Shown here one piece after another: positions 1 to 13,956 of a DNA stretch of 54,602 bases. Source of the DNA: Burkholderiales bacterium. Lineage in GTDB: Bacteria > Pseudomonadota > Gammaproteobacteria > Burkholderiales > SG8-39. Both the position numbers and the translations under genes were made by a program. Within the stretch, counting starts at the first letter, position 1. The number at the start of each line of letters is the position of its first letter. Below the pieces are notes generated by a model, which made no database searches, had not been told where the DNA came from, and was given only the letters and a program-made list of their open reading frames with translations. The DNA is taken from positions 1-54,602 of the forward strand of contig DASWER010000281.1 in NCBI GenBank assembly GCA_036394655.1. The letters are read 5' to 3'.

Positions 1-718
1 GCTCGGCGGCGCCGGTCATCTTGTTCTGCCGCCCCATGGACAGGATCTGGGTGAAGCCGACGTAGAAGAACAGGCCCTCCATCAGGCAGGAGAAGACGAT
101 CAGGCTCTTCAAGAGCTGCTGGTCGGCCTGCGGCGTGCCGGTCTTGAACGCCGGGTCGGTGAGGACGTCGATGAACGGCACCAGGAACTCGTCCTTCTCG
201 CGGATCGACGGGATCTCGTGGTAGGCGTTGAAGATCTCGGATTCCGGCAGGTCGAGGCTCTCGACGATGTACTGGTAGGCGTGGGTGTGGATCGCTTCCT
301 CGAAGGCCTGGCGCAGCAGGTACTGGCGACATTCGGGGGCGGTGATGTGCCGGTAAGTGCCGAGCACGATGTTGTTGGCGGCGAGCGAATCGGCGGTGAC
401 GAAGAAGCCGAGGTTGCGCTTCACGATGCGGCGCTCGTCGTCGGTGAGCCCGTTCGGATCCTTCCACAACTGGATGTCCCGGCTCATGTTGATTTCCTGG
501 GGCATCCAGTGGTTGGCGCAGGCCGAGATGTACTTCTCCCAGGCCCACTTGTACTTGAACGGCACCAGCTGATTGACGTCGGCCTTGGAGTTGATGACCC
601 TCTTGTCCTCGGCCGTGACCCGGCGGAACGGCACCGCCGTCTCCCCCGGCTCCTGCGCGACGCTGGCCGGCACAAAACCGCTGGCCGGCTGGATCGCCAG
701 ATCTTCGAACTTAAGCAT
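1..718 (-). CDS. nrdB: ribonucleoside-diphosphate reductase beta subunit (class Ia), 3'-partial at the window edge
   Basis: Absent from the ORF track because it runs off the window. My reverse-strand translation from the ATG at 718..716 reads [76 protein letters not shown]. This is the di-iron RNR small-subunit pattern, and the gene lies downstream of nrdA. Confidence 0.9.
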   Translation of the reverse strand, partial: MLKFEDLAIQPASGFVPASVAQEPGETAVPFRRVTAEDKRVINSKADVNQLVPFKYKWAWEKYISACANHWMPQEINMSRDIQLWKDPNGLTDDERRIVKRNLGFFVTADSLAANNIVLGTYRHITAPECRQYLLRQAFEEAIHTHAYQYIVESLDLPESEIFNAYHEIPSIREKDEFLVPFIDVLTDPAFKTGTPQADQQLLKSLIVFSCLMEGLFFYVGFTQILSMGRQNKMTGAAE

Positions 719-737
719 GGGGGCGTCCGTAGTCCAT

Positions 738-1130
738 CTATTTGTCCTGTCCGTTGCGCATCGCCTGCGCGAGGAGCAGCGTGCGCAGGCTTGGAGTGTT
801 CTTGCCGTCGACCGGCTGGAATTCGGGCTTGTAGCTTCGGGCCAGTTCGCGCGCCGCCGACTCGAGTTGCGCCGGCGTGGCGAACGACATCTCGTGGGTC
901 GCGATGTAGAGGTTCCAGTCGGTGCCGGCGATCGTCACCCACTCGGCATGACGCTCATGGGACTTCAGGAGATCGGGGCTGAAGCTCTCGGCCTGGCCGA
1001 AGTACAGCGCCCGGAAGGTGAGCAGCCGCCAGCCCGGCACCAGCACCGCGTAGAGCCCCGCCGTTTTCGGCGGCGTCCACAGCGGCGCAAGGAACGGTCC
1101 GGAAAAGCTCAGGCTGCCAAGCGTGATCAC
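738..1130 (-). CDS. hypothetical small protein (130 aa) between nrdA and nrdB
   Basis: The ORF-track frame starts at a GTG 6 nt after an AGGGGGA Shine-Dalgarno. It begins 13 nt after the nrdA stop and ends 19 nt before the nrdB ATG. I recognise no family. It shares ordered motifs with ORF 51421..51747. Confidence 0.6.
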   Translation of the reverse strand: MITLGSLSFSGPFLAPLWTPPKTAGLYAVLVPGWRLLTFRALYFGQAESFSPDLLKSHERHAEWVTIAGTDWNLYIATHEMSFATPAQLESAARELARSYKPEFQPVDGKNTPSLRTLLLAQAMRNGQDK

Positions 1131-1143
1131 GTGCGATCCCCCT

Positions 1144-3972
<2,829 letters not shown>

Positions 3973-4081
3973 GTCGGCCTCCCCGTTCCCGTCTATACCC
4001 AATATCTAGGGCTGTATTACGTCTTTGTGACTAGCTGTTGTGGGTCAATGTACACACGCGAATTTTTTTTTGCAAGCTCGC

Positions 4082-4128
4082 CCACTAAATATTGTGCGGG
4101 ATGTCGCAATCAGCACTACATATAGACG
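4082..4128 (-). promoter_or_regulatory. tandem NrdR boxes upstream of nrdA
   Basis: Box 1 is ccactaaatattgtgc (4082..4097, 13/16 to acaCwAtATaTwGtgt). Box 2 is gcactacatatagacg (4113..4128, 11/16). Their centres are 31 bp apart, the usual three-helical-turn spacing. They sit in the AT-rich 175-bp region between ampD and nrdA. Confidence 0.6.
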
Positions 4129-4177
4129 CGTTGCCGCGCCGCAACACCAGGCGTTGGTGCGCAAGACGTTGCGGTGA

Positions 4178-4708
4178 CTAGATGTTGTGGTGAGACAGCG
4201 CCGCGAGCAGCCGCGGCCAGTCGAAGCCGGCACCCGGATCGGTCTTGCGGCCGGCTGCGACGTCGCTGTGCGCGGCGATGTCGCGCAGCGGCAGTGCGGC
4301 TTGCAAGCCGCGAATCAACTCGACCAGACGCGCGTATTGCGCGTCGGTGAAGAGGTCGTCGTCAGTGCCTTCGAGCTCGACCCCGATCGAGAAGTCGTTG
4401 CAGCGTTCGCGGCCGCGCCACGACGAGACGCCGGCGTGCCAGGCGCGCCGCTCGACCGGTACGAACTGCAGCAGCTCGCCGTCGCGGCGAATCAGGAAAT
4501 GCGACGCGACGCGCAGCTCGGCGATCTCGCGGAAATAGGGATGCGCGGCCGGGTCGAGGCGATTGGTGAACAGCCGCTCGATCGCATCGCCGCCGTATTC
4601 GCCCGGCGGCAGGCTGATCGAGTGCACCACGAGCAAGCTGATTTCGGTGCCGGGCGGACGTTCGTCCTGGTTGGGGGATTCGACCCGCCGGTCAGGCCTT
4701 GGTGTCAT
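4178..4708 (-). CDS. ampD: 1,6-anhydro-N-acetylmuramyl-L-alanine amidase
   Basis: The 176-aa ORF shows the amidase_2 pattern (LLVVHSISLPPGEYGG, RAWHAGVSSWRGRERCNDFSIGVELEG, IAAHSDVAAGRKTDPG). Confidence 0.9.
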   Translation of the reverse strand: MTPRPDRRVESPNQDERPPGTEISLLVVHSISLPPGEYGGDAIERLFTNRLDPAAHPYFREIAELRVASHFLIRRDGELLQFVPVERRAWHAGVSSWRGRERCNDFSIGVELEGTDDDLFTDAQYARLVELIRGLQAALPLRDIAAHSDVAAGRKTDPGAGFDWPRLLAALSHHNI

Positions 4709-6062
4709 CTTTTATGCCGAGGCGCTGCATCCGGTAGCGCAACTGCCGGAAGGTGATGCCGAGGACCTTGGCGGCTGCGGTGCGGTTGAAGTCGGTCTTG
4801 CCGAGCGCCTCGATGATCGCCTTGCGCTCGATATCGTCGAGGTAATCGGGCAGCGCGGAGGTTGCGCTGTCGGCCGCCGCGCCGGCGGCCACCGGGGCGC
4901 CCGCAGAGGCGCTGAGGCGCAGATCCTCGACATCAATTTCGCGGCTCGCGGACAATGCGAGCGCTCGCTCCAGGATGTTTTCCAGCTCGCGGATATTGCC
5001 GGGAAAGTCGTGGCGCGCGAGCTCCTCGACCGCCTCGGCGGTGAGCCGCGCCGGCGGCACATCCGACTGCCCCGAAAGCCGCTCGAGGATGGCGGCCGCG
5101 ATGACCGGGATGTCCTCGCGGCACTCGCGTAGCGGCGGCATGGCGAGCTCGATCACGTTGATGCGGTAGAACAGGTCCTGGCGGAAGCGTCCGGCTGCGA
5201 CCAGCTGGGCGAGCTTCTGGTGCGTGGCGCAGATGATGCGCACATCGACCGGGTCCTCCTGGGTTGCGCCGACCTTGCGCACGCGCTTTTCCTGGATCGC
5301 GCGCAGCAGCTTCACCTGCATGGCGAGCGGCAGGTCGGCCACCTCGTCCAGGAACAGCGTGCCGCCGTTCGCCGCCTGGAAAAAGCCTTCGCGGTCATCC
5401 GCCGCCCCGGTGAAGGCACCCTTCTTGTAGCCGAAGAACTCGCTCTCCATCAGGTTCTCGGGAATCGCCCCGCAGTTCACCGGCATGAAGGCGCGCTCGC
5501 GGCGCGCGCCGTTCTCATGAATCAGCCGCGCGGCGAGCTCCTTGCCGGTGCCCGACTCCCCCGAGATATAGACCGGCGCCTGGGTGCGGGCGAGCTTGGC
5601 GATCATCTCGCGCACCTGCACCAGCGGCGCGCTCTCGCCGAGCAGCCGCCCGTGCAGGTGCTTGTCTCGCGCCGGCGCCTCGCCGCGGTCGGGCAGCGAA
5701 AGCGCCGCGCGCACCAGCGCGCGCAGCTGCTCGAGACCGACCGGCTTCGAGACATAGTCGAAGGCGCCGGCCTTGAGCGCGGCCACCGCGTTCTCGGCGC
5801 TGCCGTAGGCGGTGATCACCGCCACCGGGACGTCGGCGGCCTGCCCGGCAATGTGGCGCACCAGGTCGAGTCCTTCGCCGTCGGTGAGGCGCATGTCGGT
5901 CAGGCAAAGGTCGTAGCGCTCCTGCTTCAGCCGCTCCTTGGCCTCGGCGATGGTGCCGACCGAGGCGACCTCGAGCCCCATGCGCACCAGCGTCAGCTCG
6001 AGCAGCTCGCGGATATCGGGCTCGTCGTCGACCACCAGGACGTTGGCGGGGGGGCGCTTCAA
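4692..6062 (-). CDS. sigma-54-dependent response regulator, PilR-like (REC + AAA+ + Fis HTH)
   Basis: Motifs are VLVVDDEPDIRE..DLCLTDMRL (receiver), GESGTGKE, GAFTGA and a C-terminal Fis-type HTH (AAKVLGITFRQLRYRMQRLG). I propose a TTG start at 6062 that overlaps the kinase TGA (TTGA). The track start at 6359 would run inside the kinase gene. Confidence 0.85.
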   Translation of the reverse strand: MKRPPANVLVVDDEPDIRELLELTLVRMGLEVASVGTIAEAKERLKQERYDLCLTDMRLTDGEGLDLVRHIAGQAADVPVAVITAYGSAENAVAALKAGAFDYVSKPVGLEQLRALVRAALSLPDRGEAPARDKHLHGRLLGESAPLVQVREMIAKLARTQAPVYISGESGTGKELAARLIHENGARRERAFMPVNCGAIPENLMESEFFGYKKGAFTGAADDREGFFQAANGGTLFLDEVADLPLAMQVKLLRAIQEKRVRKVGATQEDPVDVRIICATHQKLAQLVAAGRFRQDLFYRINVIELAMPPLRECREDIPVIAAAILERLSGQSDVPPARLTAEAVEELARHDFPGNIRELENILERALALSASREIDVEDLRLSASAGAPVAAGAAADSATSALPDYLDDIERKAIIEALGKTDFNRTAAAKVLGITFRQLRYRMQRLGIKDDTKA

Positions 6063-7657
6063 GCGGCGCGTGCCTCCCGGCACAGGATGCGAAAGTGCGC
6101 CCCGGCCGTGCCGTTGACGTATTCGAGCGTCGCCCGGTTCGCGGCGCAGAGCTCGCGCGCGAGGTACAGGCCGAGCCCGGTGCCCTTCGCTTCGGTGGTG
6201 AAGAACGGCTCGAACAGCTGGCCCTGGCGCGCACGCGGCACGCCCGGGCCGTTGTCGATCACGGAGAGCTCGACGCGCCCACCGTAGCCGCGCAGCGCGA
6301 TGCGCACTGCGCCCACCTCCGGCCCGGCATAGTGCGCCGCGTTGCGCAACAGGTTCCACATCACCTGGCGCAGGTGCTCGCGGTCGAACTCGACCCAGGT
6401 ATCCGCGGCGGCCTCGACCGCGAAGCGCGGTGCGGCAGCCGATTCGTTGGCGACGAACTCGGCGAGGAACTCGCGCAGCCAGGGATGCAGGCGAATCGGG
6501 TCGGCCGACATGCGGTCGCGGCGGTTGAGCTGCAGCACGTCCGAGACCAGGCGCTCCAGGCGCTGCGTGTTGTCCTGGATGATGCGCGTCAGGCGCCCCG
6601 GGTCGTCGCCCTTCTGCTCGGCGAGCAGCTCCGAAGCGTGGCTGATCGCGGCAAGCGGATTGCGGATCTCGTGCGCGATGTTCGCGGTCAGCCGGCCGAG
6701 CGCCGCGAGCTTGAGCTGCTGGGCCTGCTCCCGGGCGCGCGTCGTGTCCTCGACGAAAAGCACGCTGAAGCCTTCCTCGGTCCCGGTGTCGAGCAGGCGC
6801 AGCCCGATGTCGCGGCCGCGCACGGCGAGGTCGGCCGCCGACCCCGCCGCGGCCCCGCCCGCGCGCCAGCTGCGCCAGCGCTCCGAGAACTCGGGCAGCA
6901 GCGCCTCGATGTCGGCGCCGAGCAGCTTATCGGCGCGCAACAGCACCGGTGCCTGCGGGTTGTGCTGCACCACGCGCCCCTCGCGGTCGAGCACCAGCAC
7001 GCCGTCGTGCATGTCCTGCAGCACCAGCTGGTTGACCCGCATCTGCGTCGCGAGCTCGCGCCCGCGCAGCATCGCCAGGCGCTCGTTGGCGGCGACGCGC
7101 TGGGCGAGCCAGCCGGTGATGCCGGTCGCCATGAAGCAGCCAATGGCGAGAAGCCCCGGCTGCATGAAGCTGTTGATCGGCGCATCGTGGCCGAGCACCC
7201 AGTAGGCCTGGTCGAGGAGCAGCGCGATGGTGGCGAGCGCCGCGTACAGAAAGCTCAGGCGCCGCGGCGCCACGATCGCCGCGCCGATGAGCGAGATCAC
7301 CAGCATCACGCCAAGGCCGCTGCGCCCGCCGCCGCTTGCGTTCATCAGCAGCGTGATCGCGAACACGTCGGCGCAGGCCTGCAGCGAGAGCTGCACGTTG
7401 AAGAGCTCGCGCACTCTGCGCAGCGCCACCTGGAAGCTGATGGCAAGGATCAGGTAGCCGGCGCAGGTGTAGCGGAACAGCCCGAGCGAGTGAGAGCCGA
7501 GGTTGAGCGCGTCCTCGTAGATGAACGACAGCGTGAGGAACAGCGCCGCTACCGTCATCCGGTAGAGGTTGAAGTAGCCTAGCGAGATCCAGAACGACTC
7601 CGGCGTGCGCTCCGGCGGCGCGAGGAACAGCTCCGGATAGCGCTGCGGCGCCTGCAT
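6059..7657 (-). CDS. sensor histidine kinase, PilS-like (multi-TM N-terminus, PAS, HisKA, HATPase)
   Basis: The N-terminus has about 6 hydrophobic segments. These are followed by a PAS-like region, an H-box (IAHEIRNPLAAI) and N/G boxes (NLLRNA, DNGPGV, GTGLGL). The start at MQAPQRY (7657) overlaps the upstream stop (TGATG). Confidence 0.85.
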   Translation of the reverse strand: MQAPQRYPELFLAPPERTPESFWISLGYFNLYRMTVAALFLTLSFIYEDALNLGSHSLGLFRYTCAGYLILAISFQVALRRVRELFNVQLSLQACADVFAITLLMNASGGGRSGLGVMLVISLIGAAIVAPRRLSFLYAALATIALLLDQAYWVLGHDAPINSFMQPGLLAIGCFMATGITGWLAQRVAANERLAMLRGRELATQMRVNQLVLQDMHDGVLVLDREGRVVQHNPQAPVLLRADKLLGADIEALLPEFSERWRSWRAGGAAAGSAADLAVRGRDIGLRLLDTGTEEGFSVLFVEDTTRAREQAQQLKLAALGRLTANIAHEIRNPLAAISHASELLAEQKGDDPGRLTRIIQDNTQRLERLVSDVLQLNRRDRMSADPIRLHPWLREFLAEFVANESAAAPRFAVEAAADTWVEFDREHLRQVMWNLLRNAAHYAGPEVGAVRIALRGYGGRVELSVIDNGPGVPRARQGQLFEPFFTTEAKGTGLGLYLARELCAANRATLEYVNGTAGAHFRILCREARAA

Positions 7658-7899
7658 CAGCGCGCCCCGGGTCCGAGGCGGGCATGCTCCTCGGAGCAAT
7701 AGAGCACCCCGCCCGCCATGCGCGCCTCGGCGCGCGGCAGCAGCACCGCGCACTGCGCGCAGCGCACCAGTTCATCGCTGCTTTTTTCACTCGGCGCACC
7801 GGCTTGCGGCGCACTGGGGCCCAATGCGCGGCGCAGCGCGCGGCGCACCAGCCACACGGCGATGACGATGAGCACGACGAGGACCAGGAGGCGTCCCAT
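7657..7899 (-). CDS. PP0621-family small membrane/zinc-ribbon-like protein
   Basis: Sequence MGRLLVLVVLIVIAVWLVRRALRR...LVRCAQCAVLLPRAEA..YCSEEH gives one TM helix plus a Cys-rich tail. It lies directly upstream of the PilS/PilR-like pair, the usual context of this family. I use the internal ATG at 7899 rather than the track start at 8007. Confidence 0.7.
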   Translation of the reverse strand: MGRLLVLVVLIVIAVWLVRRALRRALGPSAPQAGAPSEKSSDELVRCAQCAVLLPRAEARMAGGVLYCSEEHARLGPGAR

Positions 7900-7920
7900 G
7901 GTCTGGCTATCATAGCCAAG

Positions 7921-8907
7921 ATGAAAATCCTGGTCGCGGTGCCTGGCAATCTGCACACCGTGCGCATGAACCGCTTCGTGCCCGATGCGCTCGCCGCTCT
8001 CGGCCACGACACCCGGGTGGTCGACTATTCACCTACGCTGGTGGAAAAGCTGCGGCGCAAGCTCCTGCGGCGCGAGGCCGCCGAAGTGGTGGAAGCACGC
8101 CTGCTCGCCGCGGTGGAGGCGCATCGCCCCGACCTGTTTCTCGCGCTGTACGGCGTGAATGTCAGCAAGCGGGTGCTGGCCGAGCTGCGCCGCCGCGGCG
8201 CGAAGAGCGTGAACTGGTGGCTGAACGACCCGTTCCAATGGCAGCGCGCGGTACCGCTCCTCGCGCAGTACGACCTCGCCTTCACCAATGCCAAATATTC
8301 GGTCGACGCCTACGCGGCGGCCGGCCTGCGCCAGGTCCGCTTCCTGCCGAGCGCCTGCGACTCGTCGGTGCACCGCCCGCTCGAGGGCAGGCCACGCGAA
8401 TCCACGGTCTCGTTCGCCGGCGACTGGTCGGCGCTGCGCGAGCGCATGGTGGAGAGCCTGGTCATCGCGGGCGTGGATCTGCGTGTGTACGGGCCCTGGC
8501 GGCGCAAATTGCGCCGCGCCTCGCCGCTTCGGCGGCGACTGGCGCACGGCTTCTTTTCGCCCGAGCGCATGGTGGAGATCTTCGCGGCCTGCGATGCGAC
8601 GCTCAACATCCACACCTGGCGCGAGCGCTTCGACTTCGGCCTGAACCCGCGCGTCTTCGAGGCCGGCGCCTGCGGCACGCCGCAGCTGGTCGACCATAAG
8701 CGCGAGCTGGACGAGCTCTTCACGCCGGCGCAGCGCGCGGCAATGCTGATCTACCGGACCGACGACGATCTGGTGCGCCTCGCGCGCTCGCTACCCGCGA
8801 GGGCTGCCGAGCTCAAGGCGGCCGCGCTCGCCGCCGCGCCGTCGTTTCAGCGCGAGCACTCGTATGACGCCCGGGTTGCTGAGCTCCTGCGGATCGTGGG
8901 CGCTTGA
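7921..8907 (+). CDS. CgeB-like / DUF3880-type glycosyltransferase family protein
   Basis: Starts MKILVAVPGNLH at 7921. The C-terminal half has a GT1-like pattern (VSFAGDW..., LNIHTW..FGLNPRVFEAGACGTPQLVD). Confidence 0.7.
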   Translation: MKILVAVPGNLHTVRMNRFVPDALAALGHDTRVVDYSPTLVEKLRRKLLRREAAEVVEARLLAAVEAHRPDLFLALYGVNVSKRVLAELRRRGAKSVNWWLNDPFQWQRAVPLLAQYDLAFTNAKYSVDAYAAAGLRQVRFLPSACDSSVHRPLEGRPRESTVSFAGDWSALRERMVESLVIAGVDLRVYGPWRRKLRRASPLRRRLAHGFFSPERMVEIFAACDATLNIHTWRERFDFGLNPRVFEAGACGTPQLVDHKRELDELFTPAQRAAMLIYRTDDDLVRLARSLPARAAELKAAALAAAPSFQREHSYDARVAELLRIVGA

Positions 8908-8917
8908 ACTACCAGAG

Positions 8918-8994
8918 TGGTCGGGGTGAGAGGATTTGAACCTCCGACACCTGCGTCCCGAACGCAGTACTCTACCAGGCTGAGCTACACCCCG
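8918..8994 (-). tRNA. tRNA-Pro (anticodon CGG)
   Basis: The reverse complement is CGGGGTGTAGCTCAGCCTGGTAGAGTACTGCGTTCGGGACGCAGGTGTCGGAGGTTCAAATCCTCTCACCCCGACCA. It has a 7-bp acceptor stem, anticodon loop TTCGGGA, a GGTTCAAAT T-loop and an encoded CCA. It is 77 nt long. Confidence 0.95.
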
Positions 8995-8996
8995 AC

Positions 8997-9965
8997 TTAC
9001 GATTGGCGCACTACGGAAAAGGCCGCCAATTCTAGCAAAGATCGCTTGAATTCCGACTGCGGCAACGGCGCGAGCGCGGCAACGGCGGCGTCGGCTTCGC
9101 GCTGCGCCGCGGCGCGCGCGTAGTCGAGCGCACCGCTGCCGCGGATCGCGTGCAGCACCGCGCCGAAGTCGTCGCGGCCGCCGCCGACGATCGCCCGGCG
9201 CACCACCGCCTGCTCGGCCGGCGAACCGGCGCGCAGGGCGTGGATCAGCGGCAGGGTCGGCTTGCCTTCGGCGAGATCGTCGCCCAGGCTCTTGCCGATC
9301 GCCGCCTCGTCGCCGGAATAGTCGAGCACGTCGTCGATCAGCTGGAAGGCGGTGCCGACATGAGCGCCGTAGCGCTCGAGCCCGGTCTCGATCGCCGCGG
9401 GACTCTTCGCGAGCACCGCGCCCAGGCGCGCCGCCGCCTCGAACAGCTTGGCGGTCTTGCGGCGGATCACTTCAAGGTAGCGGGCCTCGTCGACCTCGGG
9501 ATCGTGGCTTCCCATCAGCTGCATCACTTCGCCGGCGGCGATGGTGTTGGTGGCTTCCGCCAGCACGCGCATGACGCGCATGTCGTCGACCTCGACCATC
9601 ATCTGGAAGGCGCGCGAGTAGAGAAAATCGCCGACCAGCACCGAGGCTGCGTTGCCGAACGCGGCATTGGCCGTGCGCATGCCGCGGCGCAGTTGCGATT
9701 CGTCGACCACGTCGTCGTGCAAGAGTGTCGCGGTGTGGATGAACTCCACCACCGCGGCGAGCGTCAGGCGCGCCTCGCCGCGGTAGCCAAGCGCGCCGCA
9801 GGCGAGGAGCAGCAGCGCCGGCCGCAGGCGCTTGCCGCCTGCGGCGACGATGTACTGGGCCACCTGGCGCACCAGCGCCACATCGGACTCCAGCCGCTCG
9901 CCGACCAGCTCGCCGACGCGCCGCATATCGTCCGCGACCGGCGCCAACATGGACACGAAGCTCAT
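8997..9965 (-). CDS. ispB: octaprenyl-diphosphate synthase (trans-polyprenyl diphosphate synthase)
   Basis: Contains both DDxxD motifs (LLHDDVVDES, QLIDDVLDY). The start at MSFVSMLAPV (9965) leaves the classical divergent arrangement with rplU. Confidence 0.9.
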   Translation of the reverse strand: MSFVSMLAPVADDMRRVGELVGERLESDVALVRQVAQYIVAAGGKRLRPALLLLACGALGYRGEARLTLAAVVEFIHTATLLHDDVVDESQLRRGMRTANAAFGNAASVLVGDFLYSRAFQMMVEVDDMRVMRVLAEATNTIAAGEVMQLMGSHDPEVDEARYLEVIRRKTAKLFEAAARLGAVLAKSPAAIETGLERYGAHVGTAFQLIDDVLDYSGDEAAIGKSLGDDLAEGKPTLPLIHALRAGSPAEQAVVRRAIVGGGRDDFGAVLHAIRGSGALDYARAAAQREADAAVAALAPLPQSEFKRSLLELAAFSVVRQS

Positions 9966-9979
9966 GATTCCCTTATAAT
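9950..9979 (+). promoter_or_regulatory. candidate sigma-70 promoter of rplU-rpmA
   Basis: TGGACA (9950..9955), an 18-nt spacer, then a perfect TATAAT (9974..9979), 33 nt upstream of the rplU ATG. Confidence 0.4.
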
Positions 9980-10011
9980 TGTCGGCTTTTCCGGGTCTCA
10001 ACACACAACCA

Positions 10012-10326
10012 ATGTACGCAGTCATCAAGTCCGGCGGCAAGCAATATCGGGTCGAGTCTGGCGCAAGCCTTCGCGTCGAAGCGCTCGCCGCCGAGGTCGG
10101 CGCCAACGTCTCGTTCGAAGAGGTGCTGCTCGTCGGCGCCGGCGACAGTGTCAAGGTCGGCGCGCCGTTCGTCTCGGGCGCGCTCGTCAAAGCGACGGTG
10201 GTCGGACACGGCCGCGGCGACAAGGTGCGCATCTTCAAGCTGCGCCGGCGCAAGCATTACCAGAAATCGCAGGGTCATCGGCAGTCGTACACCGAGGTCC
10301 GCATCGACGACATCATCCAAGGTTAG
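10012..10326 (+). CDS. rplU: 50S ribosomal protein L21
   Basis: [14 protein letters not shown]... is the canonical L21 N-terminus. I use the internal ATG at 10012. Confidence 0.95.
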   Translation: MYAVIKSGGKQYRVESGASLRVEALAAEVGANVSFEEVLLVGAGDSVKVGAPFVSGALVKATVVGHGRGDKVRIFKLRRRKHYQKSQGHRQSYTEVRIDDIIQG

Positions 10327-10332
10327 AAGCAA

Positions 10333-10602
10333 ATGGCACACAAAAAAGCAGGCGGCAGTTCGCGCAACGGGCGCGACTCCCAGTCGAAGCGGCTCGGCGT
10401 CAAGGTCTACGGCGGCGAGCGCGTCAATGCCGGACAGATCCTGGTGCGCCAGCGCGGCACGCGCGTGCACCCGGGCGCCAACGTCGGCATCGGGCGCGAC
10501 CACACGCTGTACGCGCGGGTCAACGGACAGGTGCAGTACGCGGTACGCGGCGCGGACAGCAACAACACCGTCAGCGTCCTAGCGGAAAAAGCGCCGGCGT
10601 AG
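10333..10602 (+). CDS. rpmA: 50S ribosomal protein L27
   Basis: Sequence [24 protein letters not shown]. Confidence 0.97.
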   Translation: MAHKKAGGSSRNGRDSQSKRLGVKVYGGERVNAGQILVRQRGTRVHPGANVGIGRDHTLYARVNGQVQYAVRGADSNNTVSVLAEKAPA

Positions 10603-12759
<2,157 letters not shown>

Positions 12760-12763
<4 letters not shown>

Positions 12764-13284
12764 CGCCCGCTTTCAGGGCGCACGCCGCGCTCCAGCGCGC
12801 GCACACCCTCTCGCGCCGAGGCGACCGGCTCCTTTTGCGGGCACAGGAATTCACGGAACAGCGTGATCTGCCGCGGCTGCGCCGCGGTGATCGAGTGCCA
12901 TCCGCTGAAGGACCGCGCCCAGGTGCCCTCAGTGCCGCCCATGGCGCGGCCGAGGGCAAAAACACGGTGCTCGCCAGTGGCGCAGCGGAAGCCTTCGAAG
13001 CTCACATTCTGCGCAGCCGCGCTGCGCGCCACCAGCACGTAGCGCACCACGCCGTCCTTGCCGACGCTGAGCGTCGCGCGATCGACGAAGTAGCGAAAGC
13101 CGCCGGGGTCATCGATGCTGAACTCGACCAGGTTGCTGGCTACCGGATACGCCGGCAGCGCCACGCTTTCATCTGCGGCGGGTCGCGCAGCCGGCTCGCG
13201 TTGCGCCTGCTCGCGCTCCCAATCGCTCAAGGACCGGTCGGCCGTGGCGCAGCCCGCCAGCAGGAGCAGTAAAACAAACCTCAA
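12760..13284 (-). CDS. CNP1-like family lipoprotein
   Basis: Has a lipobox (LLLAGC), then [47 protein letters not shown]...FREFLCP. Confidence 0.7.
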
Positions 13285-13880
13285 TCGAGGTCGGCGGCGA
13301 GCGCGGCGCGCACTTCGGAGCCGAGCTCGGCGTTGGCGCGGTACGCCGGGTGCTCGACGCCGAGGATCACCTGCGCGCCGGCGCGCAGCGCCTCGCGCAT
13401 CGGCGCGGAGAATTCGAAGCGCACGAAATGCACCGCGGAGGTCTTCTCGTCATTCTCGCGCTCCAGGTCCTCGTCCGCGATGGCGCCGACACGCTCGCAT
13501 CCCTCGACCTGCACCCAGACCTGGCGCTCGATGCCCTTCATGCGAGCGAGCATGCGCTTGCGCTCCTCGGCGTCGGGGTATTCGATCAGCATCGTCGCCT
13601 TCCAGTTGCTGCCGTCGGGCAGCAGCGGGTTGTAGGCATCGAGCTCGCCCTGGATGCCATCCTCCTCGAAGATGCGCTCGATGCGCAGCATCTCCTGCAC
13701 CTGGTAGCGGATGGTGAGCTCGTCCTCGAACTGCAGGGTGAGGTGAGCGCCCAGGTGCACCGTGCGGCGCTTCTTGTGCTGCATCACTTTGGCGCGGAAC
13801 TCGTTGCGCTGGCGCGCGTAAGCCTCGAGCGAAAGCAGCGAGCCGCGCTCGATCGGCGCGCGTTCAGTCCGCAGGGGCAT
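13281..13880 (-). CDS. DUF3501 family protein
   Basis: The 199-aa ORF carries motifs YARQRNEFRAKVMQHKKRRTVHLG, TLQFEDELTIRYQVQEMLRIE and KATMLIEYPD. Confidence 0.7.
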   Translation of the reverse strand: MPLRTERAPIERGSLLSLEAYARQRNEFRAKVMQHKKRRTVHLGAHLTLQFEDELTIRYQVQEMLRIERIFEEDGIQGELDAYNPLLPDGSNWKATMLIEYPDAEERKRMLARMKGIERQVWVQVEGCERVGAIADEDLERENDEKTSAVHFVRFEFSAPMREALRAGAQVILGVEHPAYRANAELGSEVRAALAADLD

Positions 13881-13956
13881 CGAGCGCTTTCTGGAAGCGG
13901 TTGGCGTGCGTCTTCGTGCCTTTGAGTGCTTTCATCGGGTCTCGCTACAGTTCGAC

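Noticed and set aside
4002-4002. Track start codon for nrdA (MGIDGNGEADMQ...)
   Set aside because: The ATG at 3972 has a GGGGAGG SD at ideal spacing. The 4002 start has none and would overlap an NrdR-like site. Ten extra residues cannot be excluded.
8908-9000. tRNA-Pro as an integration hotspot for a genomic island
   Set aside because: It is flanked directly by a glycosyltransferase stop (10 nt away) and ispB (2 nt away). There is no integrase, no direct repeat of the tRNA 3' end, and no compositional shift.
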